A DNA stretch of 64,000 nt from an uncultured bacterium (GTDB taxonomy: Bacteria; Hydrothermota; Tepidihabitantia; SM23-42): positions 22,297 to 86,296 of the forward strand of contig CAYQPW010000005.1 of the NCBI GenBank assembly GCA_964419565.1, read 5' to 3'. This document shows, in pieces, positions 48,887-58,873 of this stretch. Both the position numbers and the translations under genes were made by a program. Under the pieces are notes generated by a model. That model had not been told where the DNA came from, ran no database searches, and saw nothing but the letters and a program-made list of their open reading frames with translations. Position 1 is the first letter of the stretch, and each line of letters starts with the position of its first letter.

Positions 48887-50584
48887 ATGAAAACATGTAG
48901 AGTATTAATCGTATATTCAATAATGATTGCAGCATCTTCAGCACAGTCGCCGGGTGATATAATCGGCTACACGTGGTATGAGTTCCAGGCAAATGGTTCG
49001 TATGGGCAGCGGATTGATGTCGATGATTTACGACAAGCACATATTGTCTGGACCAAGATGGATGCTGCTGCTACAACCCGTTATGTCGCATGGAACCTTC
49101 GGTATTCAGATGGTTCTTATTATGGTGAAACTCAGGCTTCTCCTTCCTGGAGCGGTTATGTCCAGATGGATATTACACGCGACCTGGATCCATACATGCA
49201 AAGAACAGTGATCGTTTACAACTATAATCCGGGTACTGATTATTATTCATGGATTGATATTGATGCAGGTAATGGTTGGGGATCATGGCCCAATACACCT
49301 GGAACACCTGGTATGCCTGGCCATATTTGGCCATATATAGCAGTCGCGAACAATAATAATTTTGTCTTAGCGACTGGTGATAAGGGTGGGAATATGCACC
49401 ATATATATGTTAGTATATACGAAGGGGTGACATGGCTATATATTGCTGGTTTTGATTCTTGTGCAACGTTATCGCAGTTTGTGCGGGCATCAGAAAAACG
49501 TGATACAAACAAAGCAGCTTTTGTCCATACTCAGTTCATCACCGATACTATTGCTGGCGGTCAACTAGACAATGATGTTTATCATAGGATCTCTGATGAT
49601 GGTGGTATTACCTGGGGACCGCATACGAATATTACTGATTATCAGCCTTCTGATTCGGTCCGCGCTTACAATAACGTCAATGCGGTATTTGATGATAATG
49701 ACTATCTCCATATTGTCTGGGCTGGGAGAAAAGTAGACAGTGCTAATTATTATCAGGCTTCGAAGATATTTCATTGGGACGAGTTCAATGATACGATAAC
49801 TGTAGTAAATAGCCCGAGTATTTATTATAATGAACCCGGGGGCTGGTGGATTGAAGGCTCTGCTGGCAACTTTAGCGCCTCGTACATGCCAGCTGATCAA
49901 CCACAGGTTGTATTCGACACGACAACGAGCTTTCTCTATTGTCTGTGGCATGGTAATGATGATACGACTGATGTTTCAGCGGCTGGTTTCTTCAATGGTG
50001 AATTATATGGCGCTTATTCGACTGATTACGGTATTACCTGGTCTGATTATGTTAATCTAACGAATACACGTTCACCTGGCGCTGGTTCTGGTTATTGTTA
50101 TGATGAGGATTATATGACTGCTTGTCCTAAAGTAGTGACAGATTCAATATTTGTTACTTATATTGAAGACAAGGATGCTGGTGCCTATGTTCATAACGAA
50201 GGTGTGAAAACTGAAAATCCAGTACGCTGCTGGGTATTCTGGACCGGGTTGATCAGGACCGGGCTAGAGGAAGAACATGCTTTAACACCCGAATTCCAAG
50301 AGCCAAGTTTGAATATAAATCCAAATCCTTTTGTAAAATCGGTCATGATCGATTTTAGCATAGGGCAAAGTGCTAAGGGCATGGGGCATGATGCAGAGGG
50401 CATAGAGCTAAGAATTTATGATGCGACCGGGAGGGTGGTGAAATCAATTACTCAGTTACATAATTACCCAGTTACATGGTCTGGTGACGACGAGACTGGC
50501 AACAAACTTCCAGCCGGTGTCTACTTTATCGAACTCATTAGTGGAGATAATATAATTTCAAAAAAGGTGATCAAGCTAAAATAA
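48887..50584 (+). CDS. T9SS-sorted BNR-repeat (sialidase/glycoside-hydrolase-like) secreted protein
   Basis: BNR motifs 'SDDGGITWGP' and 'STDYGITWSD' are present. There is a signal peptide with the 'ASSA|Q' site, and the C-terminus is 'GVYFIELISGDNIISKKVIKLK'. Confidence 0.65.
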   Translation: MKTCRVLIVYSIMIAASSAQSPGDIIGYTWYEFQANGSYGQRIDVDDLRQAHIVWTKMDAAATTRYVAWNLRYSDGSYYGETQASPSWSGYVQMDITRDLDPYMQRTVIVYNYNPGTDYYSWIDIDAGNGWGSWPNTPGTPGMPGHIWPYIAVANNNNFVLATGDKGGNMHHIYVSIYEGVTWLYIAGFDSCATLSQFVRASEKRDTNKAAFVHTQFITDTIAGGQLDNDVYHRISDDGGITWGPHTNITDYQPSDSVRAYNNVNAVFDDNDYLHIVWAGRKVDSANYYQASKIFHWDEFNDTITVVNSPSIYYNEPGGWWIEGSAGNFSASYMPADQPQVVFDTTTSFLYCLWHGNDDTTDVSAAGFFNGELYGAYSTDYGITWSDYVNLTNTRSPGAGSGYCYDEDYMTACPKVVTDSIFVTYIEDKDAGAYVHNEGVKTENPVRCWVFWTGLIRTGLEEEHALTPEFQEPSLNINPNPFVKSVMIDFSIGQSAKGMGHDAEGIELRIYDATGRVVKSITQLHNYPVTWSGDDETGNKLPAGVYFIELISGDNIISKKVIKLK

Positions 50585-50627
50585 GGAGTTCGATGAATGT
50601 ACAATTATGAATTATAAGGTGAAAGAG

Positions 50628-51827
50628 CTATTTTTTTGCTACTCTCAGAAACTTGTGTTTGCCCGCCCGGATGATTATCGGTTTGGTTAATTTTACCGTC
50701 TGCTTGATGTCTTTGATGCGTTTGCCGTCGATATCGATCGCACCTTCCCTTATCTTTCTTTTAGCTTCACCACGTGAACTCATAAGGCCGGTTTCGACCA
50801 ACAATTCGACGATATTTATTTCCTTGTGTTTTATTTTGACCTGTTTGATATCTTCTGGGAGCTCTTTTTTTGCAAAGACCTTATCAAAATCATCGGCCGC
50901 TTTTTGAGCAGCCTGCGGTGAATGGTACATGCGTACGATCGTCTTAGCCAGGTCGAATTTCACGTCCCTCGGGTTGATCGTTCCGTCGTGTAAAGCCATC
51001 TTGTATTCTTCGATTTTATGAGGGAAGGCATCGGTCACAAGTTCAAAGTACTTGGTGATCAATTCATCCGGGATCGACATGGCTTTACCAAACATCTGTT
51101 TCGGTGTTTCTGTAATACCGATATAATTACCGAAACTTTTACTCATCTTTCGCACACCGTCGGTTCCTTCGAGTATCGGCAGCATGACGACACATTGAGG
51201 TTCCATATTGAATTCACGCATGAGTTCGCGTCCGACAAGGAGATTGAATTTCTGGTCAGTGCCGCCGAGTTCGATATCTGCCTCGATCGATACAGAATCA
51301 TAACCCTGACAGAGCGGGTAGAGAATTTCATGCATATAGACCGGTTGGCCATCTTTGAGCCGTTGAGAAAAATCGTCTCTTTCCAGGATACGAGCTACCG
51401 TGTACATCGATGCAAGTTCGATAAAATCATACATCGTCAAGGAGCCGAGCCACTTGCTATTATAAGTGAACTCGGTCTTCTTGGGGTCTAATATCCTGAA
51501 TATCTGTTCTTTGTATTTTGCCATGTATTTTTTGATCTGCTCTTTCGTAAGCTTTGGTCTTGTTTTTGAGACACCGCTTGGATCACCTATCATGCCGGTG
51601 AAGTCTCCTACGACCATGACTGCGATGTGCCCGAGGTCTTGAAATTGTCGTAGTTTTCTGAGGACGACGCTGAAACCAAGGTGGATCTCCGGTCCTGAAG
51701 GGTCGATACCGAGTTTGACCCTTAATTTTTTTCTCTTCTTGAGTTTTTTCAAAAGCTCCTCTTCAGAAATTATCTCAGCAACATTGCTTTTTAAAATCTC
51801 CAATTGTTTATCTGGTTTCATAGCCAT
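50628..51827 (-). CDS. tyrS: Tyrosine--tRNA ligase
   Basis: 'GIDPSGPEIHLGF' is the HIGH-region, 'KMSKS' is present, and the C-terminus has an S4 domain. AGGAGGAGG lies 8 nt upstream of the chosen ATG (MAMKPDK). Confidence 0.9.
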   Translation of the reverse strand: MAMKPDKQLEILKSNVAEIISEEELLKKLKKRKKLRVKLGIDPSGPEIHLGFSVVLRKLRQFQDLGHIAVMVVGDFTGMIGDPSGVSKTRPKLTKEQIKKYMAKYKEQIFRILDPKKTEFTYNSKWLGSLTMYDFIELASMYTVARILERDDFSQRLKDGQPVYMHEILYPLCQGYDSVSIEADIELGGTDQKFNLLVGRELMREFNMEPQCVVMLPILEGTDGVRKMSKSFGNYIGITETPKQMFGKAMSIPDELITKYFELVTDAFPHKIEEYKMALHDGTINPRDVKFDLAKTIVRMYHSPQAAQKAADDFDKVFAKKELPEDIKQVKIKHKEINIVELLVETGLMSSRGEAKRKIREGAIDIDGKRIKDIKQTVKLTKPIIIRAGKHKFLRVAKK

Positions 51828-51905
51828 CGTTAAATACCTCCTCCTGTGTGCCATGTATAAATTGTCATGATCAAGTATATTTAAAATGTTTTTAAAGTCA
51901 ATCGC

Positions 51906-52610
51906 CTAGACTTTTGCTCTCAATAAGGTATTTGCTACGTATTTTTTAGATATTTTAAAGAATTTTCTCAGCTGCTGATGATATTCCGGGCTGAGTTTTT
52001 GCTGATAGAGAACCTTGTAAGCATTGTCAGGGACATGTGCTTGCAGAGCCCATTTTTTTGCCCCTTCAATAGTTTTGCCAATTTGATGGATCGCGTCTTC
52101 ATCGATGATACCGGGCACACATGTCGTTCTAAATTCATAGTCTGTATCACCGTTCATAAGTATTTTTATGGATTTTTTTATTCTTTCCAGATCGACATGT
52201 TTACCGGTTGCGATATTATATCTTTCATCAACAGGTGATTTAATATCCATCGCAACATAATCGACGAGCGTACTGTCGATCAACTTCTCCAAAATTTCAG
52301 GGAAGGCACCGTTTGTATCAATTTTGACCAGAAGATCGAGTTCCTTTATTTTTTTGCATAACTGGGCAGCTTCTTGTCCACTGCATAAGGGCTCTCCGCC
52401 GGTCAGCACGACACCGTCTACCCATCCTTTTTTTGCCAGCAATTTTTCTTTGATTTGTTTCCATTCGATGATCGGAAATTTATCCGGGTTAATAATGAGA
52501 TCCCAATTCTGACAGAACGGGCACATGAAATTACATTTGTCAAAGAAAACCACCGATGAAATTTTGCCATCCCAGTCGACAAGCGATGTTTCAATAAATC
52601 CGCGGATCAT
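51906..52610 (-). CDS. Radical SAM activase, NrdG-like (anaerobic ribonucleotide reductase / glycyl-radical-enzyme activating family)
   Basis: 'CNFMCPFCQNW', 'LTGGEPL', 'KIDTNG' and 'EFRTTCVPG' are blocks typical of NrdG2-type activases. Confidence 0.6.
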   Translation of the reverse strand: MIRGFIETSLVDWDGKISSVVFFDKCNFMCPFCQNWDLIINPDKFPIIEWKQIKEKLLAKKGWVDGVVLTGGEPLCSGQEAAQLCKKIKELDLLVKIDTNGAFPEILEKLIDSTLVDYVAMDIKSPVDERYNIATGKHVDLERIKKSIKILMNGDTDYEFRTTCVPGIIDEDAIHQIGKTIEGAKKWALQAHVPDNAYKVLYQQKLSPEYHQQLRKFFKISKKYVANTLLRAKV

Positions 52611-53065
52611 TGTTCGATCTCCTCGAGGATTTTTTGTATAACATCCGGTATACTGGCCAGTACTTCATCAGTGCAGTCTTCGCTGAATGTGTTATTGTCT
52701 TTGATCTCTACTGCATAAACAAATATCTGGCCGGGCATTTTATAGCCGAATTGCAGGCCTATCCTGAGTGCCGATATAAAATCAATACCGTGTGATGCAG
52801 TGAGTGAAGGCCTTGTTTCCATCGGGTCTATTTTTATCTTAAGGATGTCACCGGGGTTTCCATTTTCTGTTTTAATAGAATCGATCAAGATGACCTTGTC
52901 AAAACCCATTATTTCATCGAGCATAGCCAGGCCATCGATACTGCCGGATCTTATAATGGTTTTCTCATTTGAACATTCTTCTTTCAGCATTTCGGCGATT
53001 TTCAAACCGATCGTATCATCGCAGCGAAAAGGATTTCCCATACCATATATGAGTATTTTTTTCAT
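52607..53065 (-). CDS. Hydrogenase maturation endopeptidase (HycI/HyaD family)
   Basis: 'ILIYGMGNPFRCDDTIGLKIAE' is present. It lies adjacent to a [NiFe] large subunit that has a cleavable C-terminal extension. Confidence 0.75.
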   Translation of the reverse strand: MKKILIYGMGNPFRCDDTIGLKIAEMLKEECSNEKTIIRSGSIDGLAMLDEIMGFDKVILIDSIKTENGNPGDILKIKIDPMETRPSLTASHGIDFISALRIGLQFGYKMPGQIFVYAVEIKDNNTFSEDCTDEVLASIPDVIQKILEEIEQ

Positions 53066-53108
53066 AGGAGATAAATATTCATGGCGCTTTTTAGTTTTAT
53101 TTTAAAAT

Positions 53109-53145
53109 AATGGGAGGAGCTTTGAGCTCCTCCCATTATTCGTAT
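53109..53145 (-). terminator. Strong hairpin between the hydrogenase large-subunit and protease genes: a 13-bp stem AATGGGAGGAGCT/AGCTCCTCCCATT in an AT-rich flank. It could be a terminator or attenuator
   Basis: It is a perfect inverted repeat followed on the minus strand by AUUAUUUUAAAAUAAAA. Confidence 0.5.
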
Positions 53146-53179
53146 TATTTGTCCATTAAAAACAATGTTCTGCTATTTG

Positions 53180-54643
53180 TTAAACAGTCCTTAATGATTT
53201 GACTATTTCCTTATCAGTATTGTAAATGTCGACCTGTAATGGGACGTGTCCGTTGATCGTATGCGTTGCGCAGGCAAGGCATGGGTCATAAGCACGGAAA
53301 GCCATTTCAACCATGTTGAGGAGTCCGTCATTGACCTTACCGCCTTTGATCAGATTCCTGGCAGCCTTTTCAACCGACATATTGATCGCCGCAGAGTTAT
53401 TAACCGTTGCAACGATCAAATTGGCTTTGGTGAGCACGCCGTTTTCATCGGTTTCATAGTGATGGAATAAGGTACCGCGTGGAGCTTCGATCACACCGAT
53501 ACCTTGCTTTGGCGTCTGAAAATCCATATTGCGAACATTAGGATCGAGTATTTGTGGATCATTAATGAGCTTTACCATTGCTTCGGCTGCTTGCATAGCT
53601 TCGATCAAGCGAGCCCAATGTGTTGCAAGGGTATTGTGCGCAGGCTTGCCGCCCAGTGTTTCATAGAATTTTTCATAGTACTCCTGGGCGAGTGGTGTTG
53701 CCATCCCGTCTGAGGCGTTCAAGCGACCCAGCGGTGCAACCCGGTAGACCCCGCTGTCTTTACCATCAACAAAGCCTTTCCAGCCGACATTCTTGAGATA
53801 AGGGAATTTAATATAGGTCCAGGATTCGACACCTTCAGAAATGTGATCGAGGTAGTCTTTGACCTTGAATTTGGCAAATTCTTTGCCGTCAGGATCAACA
53901 ACCCTTATCCATCCGTCGTAGAAATCCACTTTATTATTATCGTCGACCAGACCCATATAGTAAGTTTTATGCTTATAGATATCACCGACAATGAGGTCGA
54001 CATATGTTTTGTTTGCCAGTACGATATCTTCGAATGCCTTGAGACTGAACTTGGCGAACTCGACACTGTCTTGGGCTGTCTTTTTGAATTCTTGCTGCAT
54101 TTCTTTGGTCATTGGTTTTGAAACGCCGCCCGGTAAACAGTGTACTGGGTGTACAACACGACCGCCCATTGTCTGGATGATATTTCTTGTACGTTTTCTT
54201 ATATCGATTACTTTTTTACCGATCTCAACACCGACTTTACCGATCACACCCAGGATATTACGTTCTGCTTTTGGCGCGTCAGGGCCGACTATGAAATCAG
54301 GTCCGCCAAGAAAATAGAAGTGGAGATTGTGATCCTCAAACATGAATGCATTATAGACGAACTTTCTGATTTTCAGCGCGGCCGGGGGAGGTTCTACACC
54401 ATAAAGGTCATCGAGTGTTTTCCCGGAACATGTATGGTGCGTGGTTGGACAAACGCCGCAAATCGTTTCAGTAATACGGGGCATTTCTTCGGCAAGTCGA
54501 CCTACTGCAAATCTTTCGTAACCACGGAGTTCGGGAACCTGCAAGCAAGCATGTGCCACATCACCTTTATCATCGAGAAATATCTCAATCCTGCCATGTC
54601 CTTCTAAACGAGTGATTGGATCTATTTTGATTTCCTTATACAT
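53180..54643 (-). CDS. [NiFe] hydrogenase large subunit (group 3, Mvh/Hox-like cytoplasmic type)
   Basis: The N-terminus has 'RLEGHGRIEI' and 'ICGVCPTTHH'. The C-terminus has 'DPCLACATH' followed by a ~25-aa cleavable tail. Confidence 0.85.
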   Translation of the reverse strand: MYKEIKIDPITRLEGHGRIEIFLDDKGDVAHACLQVPELRGYERFAVGRLAEEMPRITETICGVCPTTHHTCSGKTLDDLYGVEPPPAALKIRKFVYNAFMFEDHNLHFYFLGGPDFIVGPDAPKAERNILGVIGKVGVEIGKKVIDIRKRTRNIIQTMGGRVVHPVHCLPGGVSKPMTKEMQQEFKKTAQDSVEFAKFSLKAFEDIVLANKTYVDLIVGDIYKHKTYYMGLVDDNNKVDFYDGWIRVVDPDGKEFAKFKVKDYLDHISEGVESWTYIKFPYLKNVGWKGFVDGKDSGVYRVAPLGRLNASDGMATPLAQEYYEKFYETLGGKPAHNTLATHWARLIEAMQAAEAMVKLINDPQILDPNVRNMDFQTPKQGIGVIEAPRGTLFHHYETDENGVLTKANLIVATVNNSAAINMSVEKAARNLIKGGKVNDGLLNMVEMAFRAYDPCLACATHTINGHVPLQVDIYNTDKEIVKSLRTV

Positions 54644-54644
54644 G

Positions 54645-55610
54645 CTAAACCCCCTGTTTTCTTTTCAAGATTGAACTTGGTAAAGAATACATGTAGAACA
54701 GACCTATTGGATCGAGAACTGATTCAGCGACCTTTTCGATTTCCTTTACATCATCGATATCAATGATCGAGGCGAGACTCGAGAGGAATTTCGCACCCAT
54801 ATCCTTGACTTCCTTGGTTGGCCCGAAACAGCCACGGCATGGCATATTCGCATTGATACAGCGTTCACCGCAGCCACCTCTTGTTGCCGGTCCAAGACAA
54901 ATGATACCTTCAGCAAGGAAACACTTCTCAGGATCTGCTTTTACCATTGAGATCCTCTTGATGTCTTTGATAGCCAGGGTATCGGGTTTCGATTTATTGC
55001 GTTCACAAGTTTCGCATAAGGCTTTATCGACGGTAAGTACTGAGCCCTTTGGTGGTAGCTTGCCTTCAAGTATCGCAGTAATACCCTGCATAATAAGATC
55101 AGGTGGTGGTGCACAGCCAGGAAGATAATAATCAACATCAATTGTCTGATCGAGCGTTTTTACAGTATCATAAAACTCAGGTAAAGTCAGTTTACCGTAT
55201 GGTGTTTCAGTGACGGTCTGTGGATAAATACCTTTGGGATTAGCTGTCGTGTGGGTGAGCTTGTAGGCAGTCTCAAATATCTCTTTTCTATTTGAGACAT
55301 TTGCCAGACCCGGGATACCTCCGAGATGAGCACAAGATCCAAAAGCGATGACGATTTGTGATTTTTTACGCAGCAATTTAACCATCTCTTCTTGTTCTTC
55401 GGTTCGGATCGCACCGTTTATAAAACTCACCGCAAAAGATTTATCTTGCATAGCCTCAACATCTGAACGTTTGAAATCCATAGCTACCGGCCAAAATCTG
55501 ATGTCAACTGCTTCAACGACCTTTAAAATGTCCTCTGCAAGATCGACAACGGCTTCTTCGCATCCGCCGCAAGAGGCACACCAGTAAAATGCGACTAATG
55601 GCTTCGCCAT
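54645..55610 (-). CDS. [NiFe] hydrogenase small subunit (MvhG-like, with extra FeS cysteines)
   Basis: 'KPLVAFYWCASCGGCEE' is the N-terminal proximal cluster motif, with further 'CETCERN' and 'CRGCFGP' motifs. There is 1 nt between its stop and the large-subunit ATG. Confidence 0.8.
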   Translation of the reverse strand: MAKPLVAFYWCASCGGCEEAVVDLAEDILKVVEAVDIRFWPVAMDFKRSDVEAMQDKSFAVSFINGAIRTEEQEEMVKLLRKKSQIVIAFGSCAHLGGIPGLANVSNRKEIFETAYKLTHTTANPKGIYPQTVTETPYGKLTLPEFYDTVKTLDQTIDVDYYLPGCAPPPDLIMQGITAILEGKLPPKGSVLTVDKALCETCERNKSKPDTLAIKDIKRISMVKADPEKCFLAEGIICLGPATRGGCGERCINANMPCRGCFGPTKEVKDMGAKFLSSLASIIDIDDVKEIEKVAESVLDPIGLFYMYSLPSSILKRKQGV

Positions 55611-55799
55611 CTAATTCCTCCTTTCAAGGATACGAACTAACATTAATTTGTTGGATACATGATATTATCTATCACCATTTATATTACCTTATATTATATA
55701 TAAAAACGCTTGAATGTCAATACCCATATAACCGCTGAATTGGCGTAGTTTGAACGAAATATAGGGTCGAATGGGCGGTTTTTTGTGAGCTGTTTGTCA

Positions 55800-57245
55800 C
55801 TATTCCGGGAAGATTTTACCGGGATTTAGGATATTATTAGGATCAAAGATCTTCTTGATGGATCTCATGATCATGATCTGCCGGGGATCGAGAGCCATTT
55901 CAAGGTATTTGATCTTGGATAGACCTATGCCATGTTCAGCGGTGATAGTACCTCCCAGTGATAAGGTGATTTTATACATACCCCGGCGCATTTCGTCTAT
56001 CTTGTCTAATTCAGTGACGTCTTTTATCGTTTTTTCACTACGCGAAGGTTTCTTGTTCTCGGCAGGCATAAGCCCGACATCAGCATGGATATTGCCGTCA
56101 CCAAGATGGCCGAATGCATAGAGATTTGCTCCATATTGTTCAATATACTGCTTGAGCCGGGTTATCAATTCAGGGATCTTGTCTTTCGGCACAACGAGAT
56201 CTTCACGTGCCAGAGGTTTTGCCTGGTCTTTTAATGCATCACCCGCCTTTTTACGCGGTTCCCAGATCTTTTCTTTGTCTTTGGCACTTTCTCCGACAAA
56301 GACATCGAGCGCGCCATTTTTTAAAGCGATATTCCCTATCTGATCATAGTGTTTAGATAAGAGTTCTTTGTTATCCCCATCGAGTTCGACAATGACGTGT
56401 CCCTCAGCTTCGGCAAAAGGGAGCTTACGTTTGAGGTATTTTTCCACCATTCGATATACATCACCGGTCATGAATTCGATAGCCGCTGGCATTAAACCTG
56501 TCTGTAACACATCTATTGCGAAACTGACGGAATCTTCCACGCACTTAAAAGGGATGAGCAGGTCGATTATCACCGTTGGCAAGGGCAGGACTTTCAGGGT
56601 TGCTTCAGTTATGATAGCAAGCGTACCCTCAGAACCAATGATAAGGTCGATCACATCATAACCTGTAACATTTTTTAAAAGTTTGCCGCCATATTTCTGA
56701 ACTGTGCCATCTGCTAGTACAACTTCGATACCGAGCACATAATTTTTTGTAACACCGTATTTCATGGCGCGCGGTCCACCGGCACATTCCGCGATATTAC
56801 CTCCGATCATGCATGAATCGAGACTGACCGGGTCAGGTGGAAAGAAAAGACCTTGCTTGGCGAGTTCAATCCCGAGCTGTTCAGTTATTATCCCTGGTTC
56901 AACCGTAACCATCATGTTTTTTTTATCTATTTCTTTGATCTTATTCATATTCTCAAGGGAAAGAACGATACCGCCTTTTATCGGCACAGCACCAGCTGAT
57001 AGACTAGTACCGCCACTCCTTGGTGTTACCGGGATCATATTCGCATTCGCCATCTTCATTATTTCGGAGACCTGCTGTGTCGACATCGGTTTAACGACGA
57101 CTTCCGGCATTGAACTGTATAATGGTGTTTCATCATGCGTGTAGTTTTCTAAAGCTTCCTTATCGACAATAATATTTGTTTTTCCAACGATATTTTTCAG
57201 GGAGTCTATTATGTTTTCAGTCATCTTATTATAGCCCATGAACAT
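55800..57245 (-). CDS. FAD-binding oxidase (GlcD / D-lactate dehydrogenase family)
   Basis: It has a PCMH-type FAD-binding N-terminal domain ('GGGTSLSAG') plus an FAD-oxidase C-terminal domain. Confidence 0.7.
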   Translation of the reverse strand: MFMGYNKMTENIIDSLKNIVGKTNIIVDKEALENYTHDETPLYSSMPEVVVKPMSTQQVSEIMKMANANMIPVTPRSGGTSLSAGAVPIKGGIVLSLENMNKIKEIDKKNMMVTVEPGIITEQLGIELAKQGLFFPPDPVSLDSCMIGGNIAECAGGPRAMKYGVTKNYVLGIEVVLADGTVQKYGGKLLKNVTGYDVIDLIIGSEGTLAIITEATLKVLPLPTVIIDLLIPFKCVEDSVSFAIDVLQTGLMPAAIEFMTGDVYRMVEKYLKRKLPFAEAEGHVIVELDGDNKELLSKHYDQIGNIALKNGALDVFVGESAKDKEKIWEPRKKAGDALKDQAKPLAREDLVVPKDKIPELITRLKQYIEQYGANLYAFGHLGDGNIHADVGLMPAENKKPSRSEKTIKDVTELDKIDEMRRGMYKITLSLGGTITAEHGIGLSKIKYLEMALDPRQIMIMRSIKKIFDPNNILNPGKIFPE

Positions 57246-57364
57246 TTATTATAGTCATTTTTAGAGAATTTTCAACTATACAAAATCGCTGTAGAATCTT
57301 GCCATTGACAGCATGCCGTGGATAAGTAGAATATATTTGGAGGTTTCCTACTCTTGGAGATTTC

Positions 57365-58795
57365 ATGGATATTTTCATAGATGACGGACAAAATGCAAGA
57401 CGATGCGGTTATGCAGTGGTTGTTATTCTATTATCATTTATAGCAGTTTTACCTTCAAGTGCACAAATAATATCAGGAGATGACAATAAGGCTCTATCTC
57501 AATTATTTTATGACCCTGATAGTCTGCCCGTATACGGCTGCAATATTATTAATTCATTTCCGCATGACAGCAATGCCTTTACTCAAGGTTTGATCTATGA
57601 GAATAACGCGCTTTACGAAGGCACAGGACTTTATGCTCAATCTACTTTACGCAAAGTTGAATTAACAACCGGTGCAATATTGAAAATACACTATCTTGAT
57701 AATAGTTATTTCGGGGAAGGCATAACGATGTGGCATGATACGATAATACAGATAACCTGGCGCGAGCACACTGGTTATGTATATATTGAACAGGCTACAT
57801 TTCAGGTGATCGACAGTTTCGGTTATAGCACTGAAGGTTGGGGATTGACCCATGACGACACGTGTCTTATTATGAGTGATGGGACTTCCAGGATTTACTA
57901 TCTTGACCCTCAAAATTATGTTGAGGTCGGTCATATTGACGTTGAAGCTGAGGGGATCCCGGTCGTTTATTTAAACGAATTAGAGTATATTCAGGGGAAT
58001 ATCTATGCAAATGTCTGGTACTGTGATTCAATAGCTATTATCGATCCTCAGACTGGTCATGTAACCGCTTGGCTAGACTTATCAGCATTGAGCTCAGGAC
58101 AGCCAAATGTACTGAACGGTATTGCCTATGATGGTGATGATGTACGTCTGTTCGTGACCGGTAAGCTGTGGCCGACGCTTTTTGAGATCGAAGTCGACCC
58201 CTTGAATTATCCGCCAGAGATAATCGCATTTTCTCCGCCATCACCGTGTTATATAAATATCGATAGTGTTCTTGTGCTGACGGTTATGGTACAGGATCCT
58301 GATCCCCAGGATTCCCTGTTTTATACCTGGAGCGTTAATGGAGTTATTGATACAATAGCTCATGATACGAGTTATTGTTACTCAAGTTCATCGGCAAGGA
58401 CCGATACCGTGATGTTCAGAGTCGATGACGGTATGTTTTGCGATTCAATAGTATGGGTCGTTATCGTTTCAGACCCCGGGGTCGTTGCTGAGAAATCTGA
58501 TCATATGACCAGTTCAGGAGTATTTTTATCATGTTATCCTAATCCCTTTTCAAAATCGATCGTGATCGACTTTAGCACAGGGCTGAGCACAGAAACCACA
58601 GAGCTGAAGATCTATGATGCAACCGGTAGAGTCGTTAGAGATTTTTCACTGTCCAGGGCTTATTCCCTAGTGCCTACTGTAATTCAGTGGGATGGTGCTG
58701 GCCAATTTGGTCTTCCAGTTCCAGCCGGTATTTATTTTGTTGTCCTTAAAGCAGAAAAACTCCGGGTCATAGAAAAAGTAGTCTTTTTATACTAA
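57365..58795 (+). CDS. Glutamine cyclotransferase (plant/bacterial beta-propeller type) fused to a T9SS C-terminal sorting domain
   Basis: 'FTQGLIYENNALYEGTGLYAQSTLRKVELTTGAIL' is the glutamine cyclotransferase signature, and later blades follow. The C-terminus is 'GIYFVVLKAEKLRVIEKVVFLY'. The signal peptide ends 'PSSA|QIIS'. Confidence 0.75.
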   Translation: MDIFIDDGQNARRCGYAVVVILLSFIAVLPSSAQIISGDDNKALSQLFYDPDSLPVYGCNIINSFPHDSNAFTQGLIYENNALYEGTGLYAQSTLRKVELTTGAILKIHYLDNSYFGEGITMWHDTIIQITWREHTGYVYIEQATFQVIDSFGYSTEGWGLTHDDTCLIMSDGTSRIYYLDPQNYVEVGHIDVEAEGIPVVYLNELEYIQGNIYANVWYCDSIAIIDPQTGHVTAWLDLSALSSGQPNVLNGIAYDGDDVRLFVTGKLWPTLFEIEVDPLNYPPEIIAFSPPSPCYINIDSVLVLTVMVQDPDPQDSLFYTWSVNGVIDTIAHDTSYCYSSSSARTDTVMFRVDDGMFCDSIVWVVIVSDPGVVAEKSDHMTSSGVFLSCYPNPFSKSIVIDFSTGLSTETTELKIYDATGRVVRDFSLSRAYSLVPTVIQWDGAGQFGLPVPAGIYFVVLKAEKLRVIEKVVFLY

Positions 58796-58873
58796 CATTG
58801 CTGGATTTACCATTGGCAGACGTTCTCAATCAGATGAAGAAAGTGCCAGATCTATATAAAAGGAGATAAAGCT

